DNA of 64,000 nucleotides from Burkholderiales bacterium Ga0074133 (lineage in GTDB: Bacteria > Pseudomonadota > Gammaproteobacteria > Burkholderiales > Burkholderiaceae_C), in the NCBI GenBank assembly GCA_001464865.1, contig LNEG01000183.1:3921-67920 (forward strand), given 5' to 3'. Positions 9,682 through 19,022 of the stretch are shown here, in pieces. The position numbers and the translations under genes were made by a program. The stretch's first letter is position 1. Every line of letters starts with the position of its first letter. The notes beneath the pieces are model-generated. The model made no database searches. It saw nothing but the letters and a program-made list of their open reading frames with translations, and was not told where the DNA came from.

Positions 9682-9804
9682 TCCGTCCTGACCGCCCAAG
9701 CCCTGGATTGCACCGCGATGTAATGTGATGTGAAAGTGCCAGGCAGGCCGCGCACGGCGCGGCAGGCCGGGTCTGGCGCGTGGCCCGGGGTGATGGCAGT
9801 CGGA

Positions 9805-9848
9805 ATGGGGCACGCCCCGGGCGCAGCGTCCGGAGCCTGCCCGTTTTT
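9805..9848 (+). terminator. Probable intrinsic terminator after the BON gene
   Basis: GGGCACGCCCCGG/CCGGAGCCTGCCC imperfect stem plus GTTTTT. Confidence 0.5.
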
Positions 9849-9918
9849 CATGGGCGCAATGGTGCGCGCGAGCGTGGTGGCATCCAGTCGCCGCGCGGAT
9901 GGGTATAAGCTCAGGCAC

Positions 9919-11028
9919 ATGCGGGTTTTCAATTGCGACCATTGCGGTCATCTGGTTTTTTTCGACAGCGTCCGTTGCCTGCATTGCGGCAGCGAGCTGG
10001 CCTTTCTGCCCGACCAGATGTCGATGGCGGCGCTTACGCCTGCCCCGCAGGACGGGCCGGACCTGTGGCGTCGCAGGGGCCGTCGTGGCACGTCGGATTA
10101 CAGCGGGCGGCTGTACCGCATGTGCCGGCACCACACCAACCTGCAGGCGTGCAACTTTGCCGTGCCTGCCAACGACTTTGCCGACCTGTGCGTGTCGTGC
10201 CGGCAGACCCGCGTGCTGCCCGATCTGTCGGACGCCAGCAACCTGCGCCGGTGGAAACAGGTCGAGGCCGCCAAGCGGCAGCTTTTCTACACCCTGGCCC
10301 GGCTCGGGTTGGAGCCCGTGCCCGGCACCCCCGGCCCGGTTTTCGAGTTTCTGGCCGATCTGCCGGGTGGGCCGCCCGTCATCACCGGGCACCTGGGTGG
10401 CACCATCACCCTGAACGTGGCCGAAGCCGACGACGAGGAGCGCGCCCGGCGTCGCATTGCCCTGGGCGAGCCCTATCGCACGCTCATCGGTCACCTGCGG
10501 CATGAGTCCGGCCACTTTTACTGGGACCAGCTCGTGCGCGACGGTGGCCAGCTGGAAGGGTTTCGCGCCGTCTTCGGCGACGAGCGCGCCGACTACGGGG
10601 CCGCGCTGAATGCGCACTACGCCCGCGGCCTGGACCTGGGTGACTGGGCCACGCGCCACGTGAGCGCCTATGCCGCCTCGCACCCCTGGGAAGACTGGGC
10701 CGAGACCTGGGCTCATTACCTGCACATGATCGACCTGCTGGAGACCGCCGCCAGCTACCAGACCGGCGTGACCGTACCCGATCCGAATTCGCCCGCACGG
10801 CACCATGTGACCGATCCGTTTGCCGTGCCCCGCCCGCTGTTTCAGGACATGGTGCGCCAGTGGGTGCCGCTCACGCTGATGCTCAACAGCCTCAACCGAA
10901 GCCTGGGGCAGGACGATGCCTACCCGTTTGCACTGTCATCCGGCGCCATGGTGAAGCTGCGCTTTGTGCACGATCTGGTGCAGGCCCAGTTTCAGCGTCG
11001 CGCACCGCAGGGCGGCACGCCGGGCTGA
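9919..11028 (+). CDS. Putative zinc-binding metallopeptidase (zinc ribbon + Peptidase_Mx-like)
   Basis: N-terminal CDHC..CLHC, further Cys pairs, HESGH (HExxH), SAYAASHPWEDWAETWAHYLH. Confidence 0.85.
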   Translation: MRVFNCDHCGHLVFFDSVRCLHCGSELAFLPDQMSMAALTPAPQDGPDLWRRRGRRGTSDYSGRLYRMCRHHTNLQACNFAVPANDFADLCVSCRQTRVLPDLSDASNLRRWKQVEAAKRQLFYTLARLGLEPVPGTPGPVFEFLADLPGGPPVITGHLGGTITLNVAEADDEERARRRIALGEPYRTLIGHLRHESGHFYWDQLVRDGGQLEGFRAVFGDERADYGAALNAHYARGLDLGDWATRHVSAYAASHPWEDWAETWAHYLHMIDLLETAASYQTGVTVPDPNSPARHHVTDPFAVPRPLFQDMVRQWVPLTLMLNSLNRSLGQDDAYPFALSSGAMVKLRFVHDLVQAQFQRRAPQGGTPG

Positions 11029-11085
11029 ACGGGGCGGGCTTGCCCGGCGTCGTTCCGGGGTGCCTGGCGGGGTGTTGGGGGCCGA

Positions 11086-11148
11086 ATTTGAGCCAAAACG
11101 GCTCCAGGTCCAGGTATCTATTGCACCTTTTGCTATCAAAATAATAGT
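11086..11148 (-). repeat. Dispersed repeat copy B
   Basis: GCTATCAAAATAATAGT at 11132-11148, preceded by the reversed body; between convergent genes. Confidence 0.8.
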
Positions 11149-11203
11149 GGCTGAGGGGCGGTGGCATTGCCATACCGTCTGACGCCCCGTCCCTGCCTTG
11201 GCT

Positions 11204-12046
11204 TCAGAACTCGTGGTTGTCGATCAGGCGTGTGCTGCCCAACCGGGCTGCGCCCAGCGCTACCAGGTCACCGGGGCCATCGCCCGCAGCGGGGGCCATC
11301 AGGTCGGAACGGCGGCGCACCGTCAGGTAGTCGGGCTGCCAGCCGCGCGCTTGCAGCGCCTGCATCGCCTGGGCTTCCAGCGCAGGGGAGGGTGATGGGG
11401 CCGCCGACCAGGCCTGCGCCAGCGCCCGCAAGGCCTGCGACAGGGCCACGGCCTCCTGTCGCTCCTCGGGGCTGAGGTAGCCGTTGCGTGAGCTCAGTGC
11501 CAGGCCGTCCGGCGCGCGGCTGGTCTCGCCCGCCACGATCTGCACCGGCAGCGCAAATTGCCGCACCATGTGCCGTATCACCATGAGCTGCTGGTAGTCC
11601 TTCTTGCCAAACACGGCCGTGCCGCCGCTGGCACCCAGCACGCAGGCAAACAGCTTCATGACCACCGTGCTCACGCCCACGAAGAAGCCCGGACGGAAGT
11701 GGCCCTCCAGCATGTCGGCCAGGGCGGGGTCGGGGTGCACCTTGAAGGTCTGCGGCTCGGGGTACAGATCGGCCTCGCGCGGGGCAAACAGCACATCGCA
11801 ACCCGCTGCGCGCAAGGCAGCGCAGTCGCCCTCCCAGGTGCGCGGGTAGCTGTCAAAGTCTTCATGCGGCAGAAACTGCAGGCGGTTCACAAAGATGCTG
11901 GCTACCGTGGCATCGCCCAGCGGGCGCGCCTGCCGCACCAGGGCGATGTGGCCCTCGTGCAGGTTGCCCATGGTGGGCACAAACGCCGGGTGGCGGCGTG
12001 ATGCAAGGGCTTCGCGCAGTTCGGCAATGGTGTGGGCGATCAGCAT
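11204..12046 (-). CDS. panC: Pantoate-beta-alanine ligase
   Basis: [42 protein letters not shown]. Confidence 0.97.
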   Translation of the reverse strand: MLIAHTIAELREALASRRHPAFVPTMGNLHEGHIALVRQARPLGDATVASIFVNRLQFLPHEDFDSYPRTWEGDCAALRAAGCDVLFAPREADLYPEPQTFKVHPDPALADMLEGHFRPGFFVGVSTVVMKLFACVLGASGGTAVFGKKDYQQLMVIRHMVRQFALPVQIVAGETSRAPDGLALSSRNGYLSPEERQEAVALSQALRALAQAWSAAPSPSPALEAQAMQALQARGWQPDYLTVRRRSDLMAPAAGDGPGDLVALGAARLGSTRLIDNHEF

Positions 12047-12202
12047 GGGGTTCCGATGTCGATGGAGGTTGGGTGACGGCTACCGCTGGATGACACGACG
12101 CCCGTTGCGCAAGCCTGCTGGCAGCGTTTCGGGTCGATCCTGCCGCAGCCCTGCGTGACGCGTTGAAAGAGGCGCGCCGGTCAGGCAAGGGCTGGCAGGG
12201 GC

Positions 12203-13135
12203 CTACCAGGCATGCACCGCGTTGTCAGGGAAGCGGCCCTGCTTGACGGCTTGCACATACGCCTCGATGGCGCCGCGCACGCTGCCTGCGTCCTGCATGA
12301 AGTTGTGCACGAACTTCGGCATTTTTCCGAGGTTCATGCCCAGCATGTCATGCAACACCAGCACCTGGCCGGCCGTGCCGCTGCCCGCGCCGATGCCGAT
12401 GGTGTGGCAGTGCGTCAGCTCGGACGTGAGATCGGCGGCCAGCGCGGCGGGCACCATTTCCAGCACCAGCATGGCGGCACCGGCGTCCTGCAACGCGTGC
12501 GCCTCGTTGCGCAGTGTTCGTGCCGCGCTGTCGGTCTTGCCCTGCACGCGGTAGCCGCCCAGGGCGTGCACCGTCTGGGGCGTCAGGCCCAGGTGGGCGC
12601 ATACCGGTACGCCGCGCTGCACGAGGAATTCGACCGTGGGCGCCGTCCAGCCGCCGCCCTCCAGCTTGACCATGTGCGCGCCCGCCTGCATCAGGGTACA
12701 GGCGCTGCGCAGCGCCTGTTCGCGGCTCTCGGCATAGGTGCCGTAGGGCAGGTCGGCCACCAGCCAGGCAGTGCCTTGCACGCGGTGCAGGCCGCGGGCC
12801 ACGCTGGCGGTGTGGTAGGCCATGGTGTCGAGCGTCACGCCCACGGTGCTGGGCAGCCCCTGGCACACCATGCCCAGCGAGTCACCCACCAGAATGCATT
12901 CCACACCTGCCGCATCGGCCACGGCGGCAAAGGTGGCGTCATACGCCGTCAGCATGGTGATCTTGTCGCCGGCCTCGCGCATCTGCGCCAGCCGTGGCAG
13001 GCTCACGGGGCGGCGCTGCGGCAGGGGCGAGGCCGGCGGCAGCGTGCCGTAGGGGGTGCCGGCAGGCGCCGTGGCTGCAGCGGTTTCTGCCGCCGCTGCC
13101 TTCAGTCTTGCCGTGTCTGCCTGGGGTGTGTTCAT
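12203..13135 (-). CDS. panB: 3-methyl-2-oxobutanoate hydroxymethyltransferase
   Basis: [43 protein letters not shown]. Confidence 0.97.
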   Translation of the reverse strand: MNTPQADTARLKAAAAETAAATAPAGTPYGTLPPASPLPQRRPVSLPRLAQMREAGDKITMLTAYDATFAAVADAAGVECILVGDSLGMVCQGLPSTVGVTLDTMAYHTASVARGLHRVQGTAWLVADLPYGTYAESREQALRSACTLMQAGAHMVKLEGGGWTAPTVEFLVQRGVPVCAHLGLTPQTVHALGGYRVQGKTDSAARTLRNEAHALQDAGAAMLVLEMVPAALAADLTSELTHCHTIGIGAGSGTAGQVLVLHDMLGMNLGKMPKFVHNFMQDAGSVRGAIEAYVQAVKQGRFPDNAVHAW

Positions 13136-13251
13136 CGCTTGATCGCACTTCGCGGGAAAAAAATTGCCGCGAGTCTATGCGACGGCGGCAATGGCCGCGG
13201 CGGCCATGGGCCATGGCCTGTGGCCTGTAGGCGGGGGCGGCGTGCGGTGGG

Positions 13252-16200
13252 TCAGGTGGCGGCTTCGCCGAGGTGGGTGGGCTGCAGCACGCGCTGCAGC
13301 GGTTCGGGCCTGTGCAGGAAAAATCCCTGGACGTCGTGTATTCCGATCTCGTGCACGCGCCGCAGCACCGCTGCGTTGTGCACGAACTCGGCCACGGTGC
13401 GCAGGTTCAGCACGCGCGCCAGGTCCACGAAGCAGCGCACCGCCACGTCATCCAGCGGGTCTTCCACGAGATCGCGAATGAAGTGGCCGTCGATCTTGAG
13501 GATGTCCACGCGCAGGTTCTTGAGGTAGCTGAACGAGGACGCGCCCGCGCCGAAATCATCGAGCGCGATGCGAACCCCCAGGTGGCGCATCTGGCCGATG
13601 AAGACGGCGGCATCGGCCAGATTGGTGATGGCGGCCGTTTCCGTGATCTCCAGGCACAGGCGCTGGCAGATCTCCTGGCCTGCTGCGGTCAGAAGCTCGG
13701 CAGCCTGCCGGTGGAACGCCCTGTCGCCGATGGACTGGCCCGACAGGTTGATGCACACCATGTGGACTCCGTCCAGCGTCGGCAACGCCTTGAGCGCGTT
13801 GACCGTGTGCCGCAGCACCCAGCGGTCCATCCGCGAGGCCAGATGAAAGCGCTCGGCCGCCGGGATGAACAGGGCCGGGGAAATGATGGAACCGTCGCCG
13901 TCGAGCATGCGCAGCAGGATCTCGCAGTGCAGGCCGGCGTCGTCGGAAGCGGGCTCGCCGAGGACCATCGCGGATGCTGCATCCCCCGCCGCATGAATGC
14001 GTTGCGCGAACAGCACGAAACGGTCTTCGTCCAGCGCTTGCTCGATGCGGGTCGCCCACTGGGCATTGCCGTGGTGGGCGGTGGCGTCGGTGTCGGTGTC
14101 CACCCAGACATGCACGCGGTTGCGGCCGCCCTCCTTGGCGGCGTAGCAGGCGGCGTCTGCGGCCTGCAGGGCCGCTGCGCTGCCCGAGATATTGCCGCTG
14201 AGCGGAAGCAGTCCGATGCTCGCACCCACGCGGAAGCGGCGGTTGTCGTGCTGGTAGCGGTATTCGTCGATGCGGTCGCAGATCTTCTGCGCCACCTGCA
14301 CGGCGTTTTCGGCAGGGCAGCGCTCCAGAAGGACGGCGAACTCGTCGCCGCCCAGGCGGGCCAGCGCATCGCGCGAGCGCACGGTCTCGGTCAGCAGGCG
14401 GCTGACTTGCTGGAGCAGTTGGTCCCCGGCTGAGTGTCCGCAGGCGTCGTTGACCAGCTTGAACTGGTCCAGGTCCAGGAACAGGAGGGCGTGCTCGGCG
14501 CCATGTTCATCGGCGCTGGCCAGCAGGCGTTGCAGCCGGTGCTCAAACTCGGTGCGGTTCAGCAGCCCCGTGAGCGCATCGTGCGTGGCCCGGTAGGTCA
14601 TCTCGCCGCTCAGGCGGCGTTGCTCTGTCACGTCATGGAACACCAGCACCGCGCCGAGCACCTCGCCCGTGTCGCGGCGGATGGGAGCGGCTGAGTCTTC
14701 GATGGCCCGCTCGGACCCGTCGCGTGACACCAGCACGGTGTCCCCTGCCAGGCCGCTGGCAAGGTGGGTCTCCAGGCAGCTGAGCACGGGGTTTTCTACG
14801 GAGGTGCGCTGTTCTCCGTGCAGGATGTGAAAGACCTGGGTGATCGGCTGGCCCAGCGCTTCGGCCGTGCTCCAGCCGGTCATCCGCTCGGCCACCGGGT
14901 TCAGCCAGGTGACCACGCCCCTGGCGTCCGTGGTGATCACCGCATCGCCGATGGACTGCAGCGTGACCCGCATCAGCTCGTGCTGCTCGGTCAGCCTGGC
15001 CGTCAGGTTGTGCAGGTGCGTCACGTCCTGGAAAGCGCCCACCAGGCGCACTGCTGCACCGTGCGAGAACTCGACGCTGCCGACGGCACGCACCCAGATG
15101 CGCTCTCCGTCGGCTCGGATCAGTGGCAGCTCCAGATCCCATCCGCTGCCGCCTGCCAGCGCATGGGCCACGGCCTGCTCGATGACGGGCCGCGCTTCTG
15201 GCGCATAGAAATGGATGGCGGTTTCCAGGTCGGGCTCGTAGTCATCCGCAACGCCGTGGATCTTGCGTGTCTGGGGCGACCAGGTGAGCTTGCGCGTGGC
15301 CAGATCCAGCTCCCACCCGCCCACGCCGGCAACCGCGCCGGTGCGACTCAGCAGGTCCTGGCTGCGCTGCAGCGCCAGGGCCTGCATCTTCCGCTCGGTG
15401 ATGTCGGCCGTGACCCCGTAGAGCCATTCCGGCTTTCCGTCGGGCGTCCACGTGGTGATGCGGCCGCGCTCCTCGATCCACACGTAGTGCCCGTTCTTGT
15501 GTTGCAGGCGTATTTCGGATTCATAGCGCGGCGTGCGTCCCTCCAGGTGGTCTTTCAGGTGCTGCTGGTTGGCATCGACGTCATCAGGATGCGATATGGC
15601 ACGGCGAAACTCGCCGGTGGTGGGGGTGAGCTCGTCCAGCGTGTATCCGAGTTTTTGGGCCGATGTGACATCCACGCGCACCTCGCCTGTCTGCACATTC
15701 CACTGCCAGGTGCCGATACCGGTGCCTTCCAGAATGGAGGCCAGGCGCCAGCGCTCCTGCTGCAGCGCACGCTCGATGGCGCGCTGGTCAGTCACGTCTT
15801 CCACCGAGCCGACATAGCCCGGTGCCAGCTGCGGCCCCAGGTCTGACGTGGGACGGGCACGCGAACGCACGGCGCGCACGCTGCCATCGGGCCGCAGCAC
15901 CCTGAATTCCATGTCCAGTTCGGTGCCGCTGCGGGCAAACGCCTGCCACTGTTCGATGACCTGGGCGCGGTCGTCCGGGTGCAATGTGCTGCCCCAGCCC
16001 TGGCCCAGGCTCTCCTGCAGGGTCAGCCCGAAAATGCTTTGCCAGCGTTCGTTGGTGTAGTTGCACAGGCCGTCCAGGTCGGTGGCAAACACGCCCAGCG
16101 GGGAGACATCGCTCAGCGCCTTGTACCGCGCCTCGCTGTCGGCCAGCAGCGCCGCGGCATGGCTGGACTCGGCCCGCAGGGCCCGCTCTTCGAGCAGTGC

Positions 16201-16689
16201 GCGCCGGCCTTCCAGCAGCTGCACTGCCGCGCGCGAAAGCATGCGCAGGATGTCCCGCTGCGCCCCGGTCAGCTGCCGTGGCGTTTGATCGATGACGCAC
16301 AGCGTTCCGGCACGCGTGCCATCCCCCAGCGTCAGCGGGGCACCTGCATAAAACCGGATGTCCGGTTGGCCCGTGACCAGGGCGTTGTCGGCAAAGCGGG
16401 GGTCGGCGGTGGCATCCGGCACCTCGAACACCTCGTCTCCCAGGATGGCATGGGCGCAGAAGGCTACCTCGCGCGGAGTCTGCTCCACGCCCGGCAGGCC
16501 CAGATTGGCCTTGAACCATTGCCGGTCGGCATCGACCAGGCTGATGAGCGAAATGGAGCTGCCCGTGACCGCTGCGGCGGCCTCCACCAATGCATCAAAT
16601 GCATCTTCGGCGGGCGTGTCAAGAATCTGGAGCCGCTCCAGCGAGCCAAGCCGCCGGGACTCATCAGGTGGAAGTGGCGCAGCTGACAC
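13252..16689 (-). CDS. GAF-PAS(x4)-GGDEF-EAL c-di-GMP signalling protein
   Basis: N-terminal GAF (REVAFCAHAI...IRFYAGAPL), four PAS segments, RSRD I-site with ARLGGDEF, EILLR, LEITE, DDFGAG, KIDGHF, QGF. Confidence 0.94.
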   Translation of the reverse strand: MSAAPLPPDESRRLGSLERLQILDTPAEDAFDALVEAAAAVTGSSISLISLVDADRQWFKANLGLPGVEQTPREVAFCAHAILGDEVFEVPDATADPRFADNALVTGQPDIRFYAGAPLTLGDGTRAGTLCVIDQTPRQLTGAQRDILRMLSRAAVQLLEGRRALLEERALRAESSHAAALLADSEARYKALSDVSPLGVFATDLDGLCNYTNERWQSIFGLTLQESLGQGWGSTLHPDDRAQVIEQWQAFARSGTELDMEFRVLRPDGSVRAVRSRARPTSDLGPQLAPGYVGSVEDVTDQRAIERALQQERWRLASILEGTGIGTWQWNVQTGEVRVDVTSAQKLGYTLDELTPTTGEFRRAISHPDDVDANQQHLKDHLEGRTPRYESEIRLQHKNGHYVWIEERGRITTWTPDGKPEWLYGVTADITERKMQALALQRSQDLLSRTGAVAGVGGWELDLATRKLTWSPQTRKIHGVADDYEPDLETAIHFYAPEARPVIEQAVAHALAGGSGWDLELPLIRADGERIWVRAVGSVEFSHGAAVRLVGAFQDVTHLHNLTARLTEQHELMRVTLQSIGDAVITTDARGVVTWLNPVAERMTGWSTAEALGQPITQVFHILHGEQRTSVENPVLSCLETHLASGLAGDTVLVSRDGSERAIEDSAAPIRRDTGEVLGAVLVFHDVTEQRRLSGEMTYRATHDALTGLLNRTEFEHRLQRLLASADEHGAEHALLFLDLDQFKLVNDACGHSAGDQLLQQVSRLLTETVRSRDALARLGGDEFAVLLERCPAENAVQVAQKICDRIDEYRYQHDNRRFRVGASIGLLPLSGNISGSAAALQAADAACYAAKEGGRNRVHVWVDTDTDATAHHGNAQWATRIEQALDEDRFVLFAQRIHAAGDAASAMVLGEPASDDAGLHCEILLRMLDGDGSIISPALFIPAAERFHLASRMDRWVLRHTVNALKALPTLDGVHMVCINLSGQSIGDRAFHRQAAELLTAAGQEICQRLCLEITETAAITNLADAAVFIGQMRHLGVRIALDDFGAGASSFSYLKNLRVDILKIDGHFIRDLVEDPLDDVAVRCFVDLARVLNLRTVAEFVHNAAVLRRVHEIGIHDVQGFFLHRPEPLQRVLQPTHLGEAAT

Positions 16690-16730
16690 AAGCGTTCCTG
16701 AAGTTGCCGCTGCGTTGTCGCGGACGTGGT

Positions 16731-16748
16731 TGCGGAGTTACCTCCGCA
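16731..16748. promoter_or_regulatory. Perfect inverted repeat TGCGGAG-TTAC-CTCCGCA
   Basis: 7-bp arms in the divergent GGDEF-EAL / nadC intergenic region; function unknown. Confidence 0.3.
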
Positions 16749-16967
16749 TTCTCCCCCCACCCGCCGGTCCGGCGCCACCCGGTGTGTCTTCCCCGCCGGC
16801 GGCCTGTGGAAAAAACTTGACGTATGGTTCGTCTGGCAGTAACGGGCTGGGGGAGCGGTCTTTCGGTAGCCGTTATGCTCGCCCCCCACGCGCCCGCGGC
16901 TTTCGCTGGGGGCGACGGCTTTCCCGGCCGACAATGCATCCGGAACCCAACCACTGTGCACACCCCG

Positions 16968-17816
16968 ATGACAGACAACGAAGTGGCCGCGCTGGCCCAA
17001 GCCGATGTGGAACGCGCCCTGGCTGAAGACGTGGGCGGCGGCGACCTGACCGCCGGCCTGATCGACCCCGCCCGCCGCGCCCGCGCGCGCATCCTGGCCC
17101 GCGAGACCGCCGTGATCTGCGGCGCGCCCTGGGCCGAGGCCGCGCTGCGCACCCTCGATCCCACCATGCAGATCACCTGGCATGTGGCCGAAGGCCAGCG
17201 CTGCCAGCCCGACCAGGTGGTGCTGGAGCTGGAGGGCAATGCCCGCGCGCTGCTGTCTGCCGAGCGCACCGCGCTCAATTTCATGCAGCTGCTGTCGGCC
17301 GTTGCTACCAAGACCCGCACCTATGTGGATGTGGTGGCGGGCACCCGCGCCCACATCGTGGACACGCGCAAGACCATCCCCGGCCTGCGTCTGGCGCAAA
17401 AGTACGCCGTGCGCGTGGGTGGCGGCACCAACCACCGCATCGGCCTGCACGACGCGGTGCTGATCAAGGAGAACCACATTGCCGCCGCCGGTGGCGTGAC
17501 AGCCGTGCTGAAAGCCGCGCAGGCCGTGGCTGCGCAGGCGAAATTCATCGAGATCGAAGTGGAGACGCTGGAGCAGCTGGCCGAGGCGCTGGACGCGGGC
17601 GCGAAGATGGTGCTGCTGGACAACATGCCCCTGCCCACGCTGCGCGAGGCGGTGCGCATCAATGCCGGTCGCGCCATCCTGGAGATCTCCGGCGGCGTCA
17701 CCCTGGCCGGCCTGCGCGAGCTGGCCGAAACCGGCGTGGACCGCATCTCCATCGGCACGCTGACCAAGGACGTCAAAGCCACCGATTTCTCCATGCGCCT
17801 CCAGGAGCTGGCATGA
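16968..17816 (+). CDS. nadC: Nicotinate-nucleotide diphosphorylase (carboxylating)
   Basis: [50 protein letters not shown]. Confidence 0.97.
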   Translation: MTDNEVAALAQADVERALAEDVGGGDLTAGLIDPARRARARILARETAVICGAPWAEAALRTLDPTMQITWHVAEGQRCQPDQVVLELEGNARALLSAERTALNFMQLLSAVATKTRTYVDVVAGTRAHIVDTRKTIPGLRLAQKYAVRVGGGTNHRIGLHDAVLIKENHIAAAGGVTAVLKAAQAVAAQAKFIEIEVETLEQLAEALDAGAKMVLLDNMPLPTLREAVRINAGRAILEISGGVTLAGLRELAETGVDRISIGTLTKDVKATDFSMRLQELA

Positions 17817-18943
17817 GCACCATCACCCTCCACCGCATCGATGTGGAATACGAGCAGCCCGACGAGGCGGCCGCAGGCTCTGTCTGCTCTACCAAGCATG
17901 CCTGGGCGCGCGTGCCGCCCGAGCCGTCGCAGGCCGAGCGCGCGGCGCTGAAAGACAAGATCCGCCACCTGCTGAAAGAAAAGAACGCAGTCATGGTGTC
18001 GCACTACTACGTGCACCCCGACCTGCAGGACCTGGCCGAGGAAACCGGCGGCATCGTGAGCGATTCGCTGGAGATGGCGCGCTTTGGCCGCGACCACGCC
18101 GCGCAGACGCTGGTGGTGAGCGGTGTACGTTTCATGGGCGAGACGGCCAAGATCCTGAGCCCGGAAAAGACCGTGCTCATGCCCGACCTCGATGCCACCT
18201 GCAGCCTGGACCTGGGCTGCCCCATCGACGAGTTCAGCGCCTTTTGCGATGCCCACCCCGACCGCACGGTGGTGGTGTACGCCAACACCAGCGCGGCGGT
18301 GAAGGCGCGGGCCGACTGGCTGGTCACATCGAGCTGCGCCCTCGAGATCGTCAGCGCCCTCAAGGCTGCCGGCCAGAAGATCCTGTGGGCCCCAGACCGC
18401 CACCTGGGCGCGTACATCCAGCGCGAGACCGGGGCCGACATGGTGTTCTGGAACGGCGCCTGCATCGTGCACGACGAGTTCAAGGCGCTGGAGCTGGAGC
18501 TGCTGAAAAAGGAGCACCCCGGCGCCAAGGTGCTGGTGCACCCCGAAAGCCCTGCCGATGTGGTGGCGCTGGCCGACGCGGTGGGCTCCACCAGCGCCAT
18601 CCTCAAGGCCGCACGCGAGATGGATGCCACCGAATTCATCGTGGCCACCGACAACGGCATGATGCACAAGCTGCGCACGCTCAACCCGGGCAAGACCTTC
18701 ATCGAAGCCCCCACGGCGGGTAACAGCGCCACGTGCAAGAGCTGCGCGCACTGCCCCTGGATGGCGATGAACGGCCTGGCCGATGTAGCCCGCGTGCTGG
18801 AGACGGGCGCCAACGCCGTGCACGTCGATGCCGCGCTGATCCCGCGCGCGCGCCAGCCCATCGACCGGATGTTGGCCTTCACCGCCGCCCTCAAGAACGG
18901 GCAGCCCACGGCCGCCCTGGTGCCGCACCTGGGCGCTGCATAA
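17813..18943 (+). CDS. nadA: Quinolinate synthase
   Basis: [40 protein letters not shown]; ATGA overlap with nadC. Confidence 0.97.
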   Translation: MSTITLHRIDVEYEQPDEAAAGSVCSTKHAWARVPPEPSQAERAALKDKIRHLLKEKNAVMVSHYYVHPDLQDLAEETGGIVSDSLEMARFGRDHAAQTLVVSGVRFMGETAKILSPEKTVLMPDLDATCSLDLGCPIDEFSAFCDAHPDRTVVVYANTSAAVKARADWLVTSSCALEIVSALKAAGQKILWAPDRHLGAYIQRETGADMVFWNGACIVHDEFKALELELLKKEHPGAKVLVHPESPADVVALADAVGSTSAILKAAREMDATEFIVATDNGMMHKLRTLNPGKTFIEAPTAGNSATCKSCAHCPWMAMNGLADVARVLETGANAVHVDAALIPRARQPIDRMLAFTAALKNGQPTAALVPHLGAA

Positions 18944-18961
18944 CGCCCTGGCGGTCTTTTT

Positions 18962-19022
18962 GCTACAAAATATATAGCTATCAGGGCAATTGATACCTGG
19001 GCCTTAGGCAGTTTTGACCGAT
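18962..19022 (+). repeat. Dispersed repeat copy C (tail overlaps the putative pabB start)
   Basis: GCTACAAAATATATAGC TATCAGGGC AATTGATACC TGGGCCTTAGGC AGTTTTGACC. Confidence 0.8.

Noticed and set aside
16731-16748. TGCGGAG-N4-CTCCGCA as a third GTAGGA-N4-TCCTAC site
   Set aside because: Same geometry but the arm sequence differs at most positions.
16690-16967. NAD riboswitch or NadQ operator upstream of nadC
   Set aside because: No recognisable aptamer; TTATGCTC at about 16873 is only a half-site and fits a -10 element equally well.
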